This document shows, one piece after another, positions 27,480 to 32,000 of a DNA stretch of 32,000 nt. The notes beneath the pieces were generated by a model. It saw nothing but the letters and a program-made list of their open reading frames with translations, was not told the origin of the DNA and ran no database searches. This DNA comes from Alkanindiges sp. WGS2144. GTDB taxonomy: Bacteria > Pseudomonadota > Gammaproteobacteria > Pseudomonadales > Moraxellaceae. The translations under genes were made by a program, and so were the position numbers. The DNA is taken from assembly GCF_043950625.1 (NCBI RefSeq), contig NZ_CP171007.1. One strand, 5' to 3'. Within the stretch, counting starts at the first letter, position 1. Every line of letters starts with the position of its first letter.

Positions 27480-28595
27480 ATGGCAGCAATGGACGATACA
27501 GACTGGAAAAACTCTTCTGATTCTCTGGAGCAACTACGTCAGGAAATTGATCAGGTGGATCAGCAGATTCATCAGTTGCTTAATCAGCGGGCAAAACTGG
27601 CAGAAGACGTAGCAAAAGCCAAGTTTAGCGAAGAAGAGCAGCCGGTTTTTTATCGTCCTGAGCGGGAAGCACAAGTGTTGCGCAAGGTGATGGCCCGGAA
27701 CGAAGGCCCACTGGACAATGAAACAGTTGCGCGTATTTTTCGGGAAATCATGTCAGCCTGCCTCGCCCTTGAAGCCCCGCAGACTATTGCTTTTTTAGGC
27801 CCGGAGGGCACCTTTACTCAGGCAGCAGCGCTCAAGCATTTTGGTCATCAGGCACGCACAAAGTCATTGGCAACGATTGATGAGGTGTTCCGTGAGGTAG
27901 AGGCAGGTAGTGCGCATTATGGTGTGGTGCCGGTTGAAAACTCCTCTGAAGGGGTGGTAAACCATACGCTGGATTGCTTTATTGGTTCACATTTAAACGT
28001 GATTGGTGAGGTTGAGCTGCGTATTCATCATCAGTTTCTGATTGCTCCCAGCACCAAGCAGGAAAATATCACCAAAATTTATGCCCATCAGCAAACGCTG
28101 GCGCAGTGCCGCAAGTGGCTGGATGCACATTATCCAAATGCCGAGCGTGTGGCGCTAAATAGTAATGCGGAAGCGGCCAAGCGCATTCGCAGCGAGTGGC
28201 ATTCGGCAGCCATTGCCGGTGAAATAGCTGCCGAGCTGTATGGCCTGACCATTTTACACAGCAATATTGAGGATAACCCCAGCAACACCACCCGGTTTTT
28301 GATTATTGGCCGCGAAGCCATACCAGCCAGCGGACAGGACAAAACTTCTATTCTGGTTGCAGCGCATGACCGTGCCGGTGCCCTGATTGAAATTCTGGCG
28401 CCGTTTGCCAAGCACAACATCAGCTTAACCAGCATTGAAACCCGTCCGGCACAACCGGAAAAATGGGCCTATGTGTTTTTTATCGATTTAAAAGGTCACG
28501 CCTCTGACAGCAATGTCACTGCTGCCCTTAATGATATCAAGCCTTTGGTAAAAGAAGTACGGGTGCTGGGATCTTATCCTAAAGCGGTGCTATAA
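27480..28595 (+). CDS. pheA: Bifunctional chorismate mutase / prephenate dehydratase (P-protein)
   Basis: 371 aa. Three regions are readable: a CM_2 helical N-terminus (LEQLRQEIDQVDQQIHQLLNQRAKLAEDVAKAK), a PDT domain (IAFLGPEGTFTQAAA) and an ACT domain (TSILVAAHDRAGALIEILAPFAKHNISLTSIETRP). Confidence 0.93.
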   Translation: MAAMDDTDWKNSSDSLEQLRQEIDQVDQQIHQLLNQRAKLAEDVAKAKFSEEEQPVFYRPEREAQVLRKVMARNEGPLDNETVARIFREIMSACLALEAPQTIAFLGPEGTFTQAAALKHFGHQARTKSLATIDEVFREVEAGSAHYGVVPVENSSEGVVNHTLDCFIGSHLNVIGEVELRIHHQFLIAPSTKQENITKIYAHQQTLAQCRKWLDAHYPNAERVALNSNAEAAKRIRSEWHSAAIAGEIAAELYGLTILHSNIEDNPSNTTRFLIIGREAIPASGQDKTSILVAAHDRAGALIEILAPFAKHNISLTSIETRPAQPEKWAYVFFIDLKGHASDSNVTAALNDIKPLVKEVRVLGSYPKAVL

Positions 28596-28640
28596 GTCGT
28601 ATTTGTTATTGGTCTATTATATTTAGCAAGAGAAATTTTC

Positions 28641-29771
28641 ATGTCCAGCCAAGCCAACTTTTTAATTCCCCCTGCCAATGAAGGAATTGCTCATATTGCG
28701 CCGTATCAACCGGGTAAACCGATTGATGAATTAAAGCGCGAGCTGGGTCTGGATGATGTGGTCAAGCTCGCCAGTAATGAAAATCCGCTAGGTTGTTCGC
28801 CAAAGGCCAAAGCTGCTATTCAGGATGCGATCAGCGAGGTAGGGCGCTATCCGGATGGCAATGGGTTTTTGTTAAAACAGCAGATCAGCCAGCAGTTTAA
28901 TATCAATATTGACCAGATCACGCTGGGTAACGGATCTAATGATATTTTAGAGCTGGTAGCACGCACTTTTGTGGCAGCAGGTGATGAAGTCATTTATAGC
29001 CAGCATGCCTTTGCTGTATATGCGCTGGCTACCCAGGCGGTTGGCGCGGTTGGTATAGAGGTGCCCGCTAAAGATTTTGGCCATGACCTGCCTGCAATGG
29101 CACGGGCAATAAGCCCCAAAACCAAAGTTATTTTTATTGCCAACCCCAATAACCCAACCGGTACCTGGTTTGAGGAAAGTGAATTTAGTGCCTTTATGCA
29201 ACAAATCCCTGCGCGGGTGCTGGTAGTGCTGGATGAAGCCTATGTGGAATATTTTCCGGAAAACTTCAACAGTTTAAAGTTTTTAAATCAGTATCCAAAC
29301 CTGCTGATTAGCCGCACCTTGTCCAAGGCTTATGGGCTGGCCTCCTTACGGATAGGCTTTGGTTTGGCAAGTAACGAGGTGACCAATTTACTCAATCGCG
29401 TGCGTCAGCCATTTAACGTGAGTTCCTTTGCACTGGCTGCTGCAATTGCTGCGCTACAGGACACTGATTTTATTGAGCAAAGCCGCGAGCTGAACAAGCA
29501 GGGTATGGTACAGTTAGAACAGGGCTTTAAAACTTTAGGCTTAAACTGGATTGCCTCACGTGCCAACTTTATTGCGGTGGATGTGCAGCGTAATGGCGGG
29601 CAGGTATTTAATGCGCTGCTTAAAAAAGGGGTGATTGTACGTCCAGTAGGTGGCGGTTATGCCATGCCGCAGCATATTCGTGTGTCGATTGGTTTGTTTG
29701 AGGAAAATGCCCGGTTTTTACAGGCGCTCGCAGAAGTCATGGTAGAAATCCCAGCGATTGAGGCGGCTTAA
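28641..29771 (+). CDS. hisC: Histidinol-phosphate / aromatic aminotransferase (class II)
   Basis: 376 aa. It has KLASNENPLG, IANPNNPTG and the PLP-lysine motif SKAYGLASLRIG. Its stop overlaps the next start (TAATG). Confidence 0.9.
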   Translation: MSSQANFLIPPANEGIAHIAPYQPGKPIDELKRELGLDDVVKLASNENPLGCSPKAKAAIQDAISEVGRYPDGNGFLLKQQISQQFNINIDQITLGNGSNDILELVARTFVAAGDEVIYSQHAFAVYALATQAVGAVGIEVPAKDFGHDLPAMARAISPKTKVIFIANPNNPTGTWFEESEFSAFMQQIPARVLVVLDEAYVEYFPENFNSLKFLNQYPNLLISRTLSKAYGLASLRIGFGLASNEVTNLLNRVRQPFNVSSFALAAAIAALQDTDFIEQSRELNKQGMVQLEQGFKTLGLNWIASRANFIAVDVQRNGGQVFNALLKKGVIVRPVGGGYAMPQHIRVSIGLFEENARFLQALAEVMVEIPAIEAA

Positions 29772-32000
29772 TGAGTCTGCAACAAGAAGAGCAGCCTGTT
29801 TTTTTATTTAAAAAAGTTGCCTTTATTGGCCTGGGGCTGATTGGCTCAAGCCTGTGCCGTGTAATTCGTGAAAAAAATCTGGCTCAACAGGTGGTGGCGA
29901 GTACCCGTTCCAGCCAAACCCTAAAGCAGGCTAAAGAACTGGGACTAATTGATGCGGGTTTTGAGCATCCGCAAGATGCCGTTCGGGATGCCGATTTGAT
30001 TATGCTGGCTTTGCCAGTGCGTGCCACCGAAGCCGTGCTGCGTGTTATTGCACCGGTGATCAGGCCGGATGCCATTATTAGCGATGTGGGAAGCACCAAA
30101 GGTAATGTGGTGGCAGCGGCCAAGGTGGTGTTTGGGGAAAATCTGCCCACAGGTTTTATTCCCGGTCATCCGATTGCAGGCAGTGAGCATACTGGCGTGC
30201 ATGCAGGCCGCGCCGACTTGTTTGCCCAGCACAAAGTCATACTAACACCACTACCCAATAGCAACCCGCTGGCGACTGCCCGACTCATCCAGCTATGGCA
30301 GGCTTGTGATGCCGAAGTGATTTGCATGAGCGTGCAGGAGCATGACGAGATTCTGGCGCAAACCAGCCATTTGCCACATTTACTGGCTTTTAACCTGATT
30401 GAACAACTGGCTGCCAGTCGGCAAAATCTGGATATTTTTAGGTATGCGGCTGGTGGCCTGCGTGATTTTAGCCGCATAGCCGCTAGTGATCCACAAATGT
30501 GGCATGATATTTTTTTGGCCAATAAACCTGCTATTTTAAAAGCCCTGACTGGCTTTGAACAGCAGCTTGCCATTTTACGGACTCTCATCGAGCAGGAAAA
30601 CTCTAGCGGTTTAATCGGCCTGCTTGGGCGCGCGCAATCGGCACGCCAGCACTTTAGTCATATGCTGGCCAAGACCCCTTATATGCAAAACAGGAAATCT
30701 AACGTGACAGAGCAATTTATTATTCAGGGCGGTGGGCAGCTCAACGGTACCTTTACTGTAGCAGGGGATAAATCGGTTTCGCATCGTTCCATTATGTTTG
30801 GTGCGCTGGCAGAAGGGGTAACCACGGTTTCAGGTTTTCTGGAAGGTGAGGATGCCCTGGCTACCTTGCAGGCTTTTCGGGATATGGGTGTAACCATTGA
30901 AGGGCCTAAACGTGGCGAAGTCACCATTCATGGCGTGGGGTTGCATGGCTTAAAAGCACCTGCCAATGCCCTGTACGTCGGCAACTCAGGCACCACCATG
31001 CGCTTAATGGCTGGTATTTTATCGGCGCAACCATTTGATAGCGTCATGACCGGCGATCCGTCACTCTCCAAACGCCCAATGGAGCGTATTGCCAAGCCCT
31101 TACGTTTAATGGGTGCCAAAATTCAAAGCACCGGCGAGCGCGGTACACCGCCTTTAAGCATTAGCGGCAAGCAGCACTTAACTGGCATTCATTATGATTT
31201 ACCGATGGCCTCTGCGCAGGTGAAATCTGGCGTGCTGCTCGCAGGACTTTGGGCGCAGGGCACCACTTCTGTCACTGAGCCAGAGCCAACCCGCGACCAT
31301 ACCGAGCGTATGTTGCGTGCCTTTGGTTACGAGGTTAAGACAGAAGGTGATACCATCAGCTTGCAAGGTGGTGGCAAGCTCACTGCTACGCATATTCAGG
31401 TGCCTGCTGATATTTCTTCGGCTGCATTTTTTATGGTAGGCGCTGCCATTAGCCAGAATTCTGACATCACATTAACGGGCGTGGGTATTAACCCCACCCG
31501 TACTGGCATTATTGAAATTTTAAAACAAATGGGCGCTGATATCAGCCTGAGCAATGAAAAAATGGCAGGTGGTGAACCGGTTGCGGATATTCATATTCGG
31601 GCAAGCCAGCTTAAGGGCATTCATATTCCTGAAGATCAGGTGCCATTGGCAATTGATGAGTTTCCGGCCATTTTTATTGCCGCAGCCTGTGCAACCGGGC
31701 AAACCGTGCTCACGGGTGCTGCGGAGCTGCGCGTCAAGGAGTCTGATCGCATTCAGGTGATGGCTGATGGCTTAAAGACACTGGGTGTTGACTGCACGCC
31801 AACCGATGACGGCATTATTATTGAGGGTAAAGGCCAGGCTGGAGAATGGGGCGCAGTATTTGGTGGAGGTGAAATTCAAAGCCATCATGACCATCGCATT
31901 GCCATGAGTTTTGCCATGGCAGGTTTAAGAGCCAGTCAGCCAATTATTATTCATGGTACCGAAACCGTAGCAACCAGTTTCCCCAATTTTACCGAACTTG
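29771..32000 (+). CDS. tyrA-aroA: Fused prephenate (cyclohexadienyl) dehydrogenase / 3-phosphoshikimate 1-carboxyvinyltransferase. The 3' end lies outside the window.
   Basis: This gene is not in the ORF track. My hand translation from the ATG at 29771 stays open to position 32000. The TyrA part includes VAFIGLGLIGSSL (Rossmann), GHPIAGSEHTG and SHLPHLLAF. The AroA part, from about 30700, includes GDKSVSHRSIMFGALAEG, LYVGNSGTTMRLMAGIL, SKRPMERI, ELRVKESDRI and HDHRIAMSFAMAG. Confidence 0.9.
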   Translation, partial: MSLQQEEQPVFLFKKVAFIGLGLIGSSLCRVIREKNLAQQVVASTRSSQTLKQAKELGLIDAGFEHPQDAVRDADLIMLALPVRATEAVLRVIAPVIRPDAIISDVGSTKGNVVAAAKVVFGENLPTGFIPGHPIAGSEHTGVHAGRADLFAQHKVILTPLPNSNPLATARLIQLWQACDAEVICMSVQEHDEILAQTSHLPHLLAFNLIEQLAASRQNLDIFRYAAGGLRDFSRIAASDPQMWHDIFLANKPAILKALTGFEQQLAILRTLIEQENSSGLIGLLGRAQSARQHFSHMLAKTPYMQNRKSNVTEQFIIQGGGQLNGTFTVAGDKSVSHRSIMFGALAEGVTTVSGFLEGEDALATLQAFRDMGVTIEGPKRGEVTIHGVGLHGLKAPANALYVGNSGTTMRLMAGILSAQPFDSVMTGDPSLSKRPMERIAKPLRLMGAKIQSTGERGTPPLSISGKQHLTGIHYDLPMASAQVKSGVLLAGLWAQGTTSVTEPEPTRDHTERMLRAFGYEVKTEGDTISLQGGGKLTATHIQVPADISSAAFFMVGAAISQNSDITLTGVGINPTRTGIIEILKQMGADISLSNEKMAGGEPVADIHIRASQLKGIHIPEDQVPLAIDEFPAIFIAAACATGQTVLTGAAELRVKESDRIQVMADGLKTLGVDCTPTDDGIIIEGKGQAGEWGAVFGGGEIQSHHDHRIAMSFAMAGLRASQPIIIHGTETVATSFPNFTEL

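Noticed and set aside
29884-31760. Eight ORF-track entries (seven on the minus strand plus 31554-31760 on the plus strand) in the last 2 kb
   Set aside because: They overlap the open-ended tyrA-aroA frame, which has unambiguous family motifs. They are antisense or out-of-frame artefacts.
1-32000. A whole-window scan for CRISPR repeats, tRNA/rRNA/tmRNA, IS elements, integrases, toxin-antitoxin pairs and known defence-system signatures (nucleases, reverse transcriptases, STAND/AAA ATPases)
   Set aside because: I recognised none. The only helicase is the housekeeping HrpA. This was a scan by eye, so short or divergent non-coding RNAs could have been missed.

Overview
This window looks like a gammaproteobacterial core-chromosome segment. 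The gene orders prmA / DUF3426 zinc-ribbon / fis / purH / purD and pheA / hisC / tyrA-aroA resemble Pseudomonadales or Moraxellales; that taxonomic guess is inference only. I can support 24 protein-coding genes, and almost all are housekeeping. In order they are: the 3' end of an ABC1/UbiB-family kinase, folB, a divergent folK-like gene, a carboxylesterase-type alpha/beta hydrolase, two adjacent acyl-CoA dehydrogenase-family genes, a second ABC1-family kinase, purD, purH, fis, a DUF3426-type zinc-ribbon membrane protein, prmA, a CBS-pair protein, a stand-alone gcvH, hrpA, pepN, a BenE-family transporter, an orphan 655-aa lipoprotein, an XRE-HTH regulator with a GAF-like C-terminal half, an RDD-family membrane protein, transaldolase, pheA and hisC. 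The last gene is a tyrA-aroA fusion that runs off the right edge. It is missing from the supplied ORF track because it has no stop codon inside the window. Several Rho-independent terminator hairpins are readable directly in the sequence. I saw no rRNA, tRNA, CRISPR array, transposase, integrase, phage gene or recognisable defence or toxin-antitoxin module. The only stretch that looks accessory is about 22.5-25.6 kb, which is visibly more AT-rich and holds the orphan lipoprotein and the convergent XRE/GAF-like regulator. I did not find a convincing novel multi-gene system. The best candidates for a second look are that islet, an apparently heteromeric acyl-CoA dehydrogenase pair with one degenerate subunit, a fis gene with a long untranslated leader in place of dusB, and a degenerate folK-like gene. 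All motif comparisons were made by eye and from memory, not by database search.
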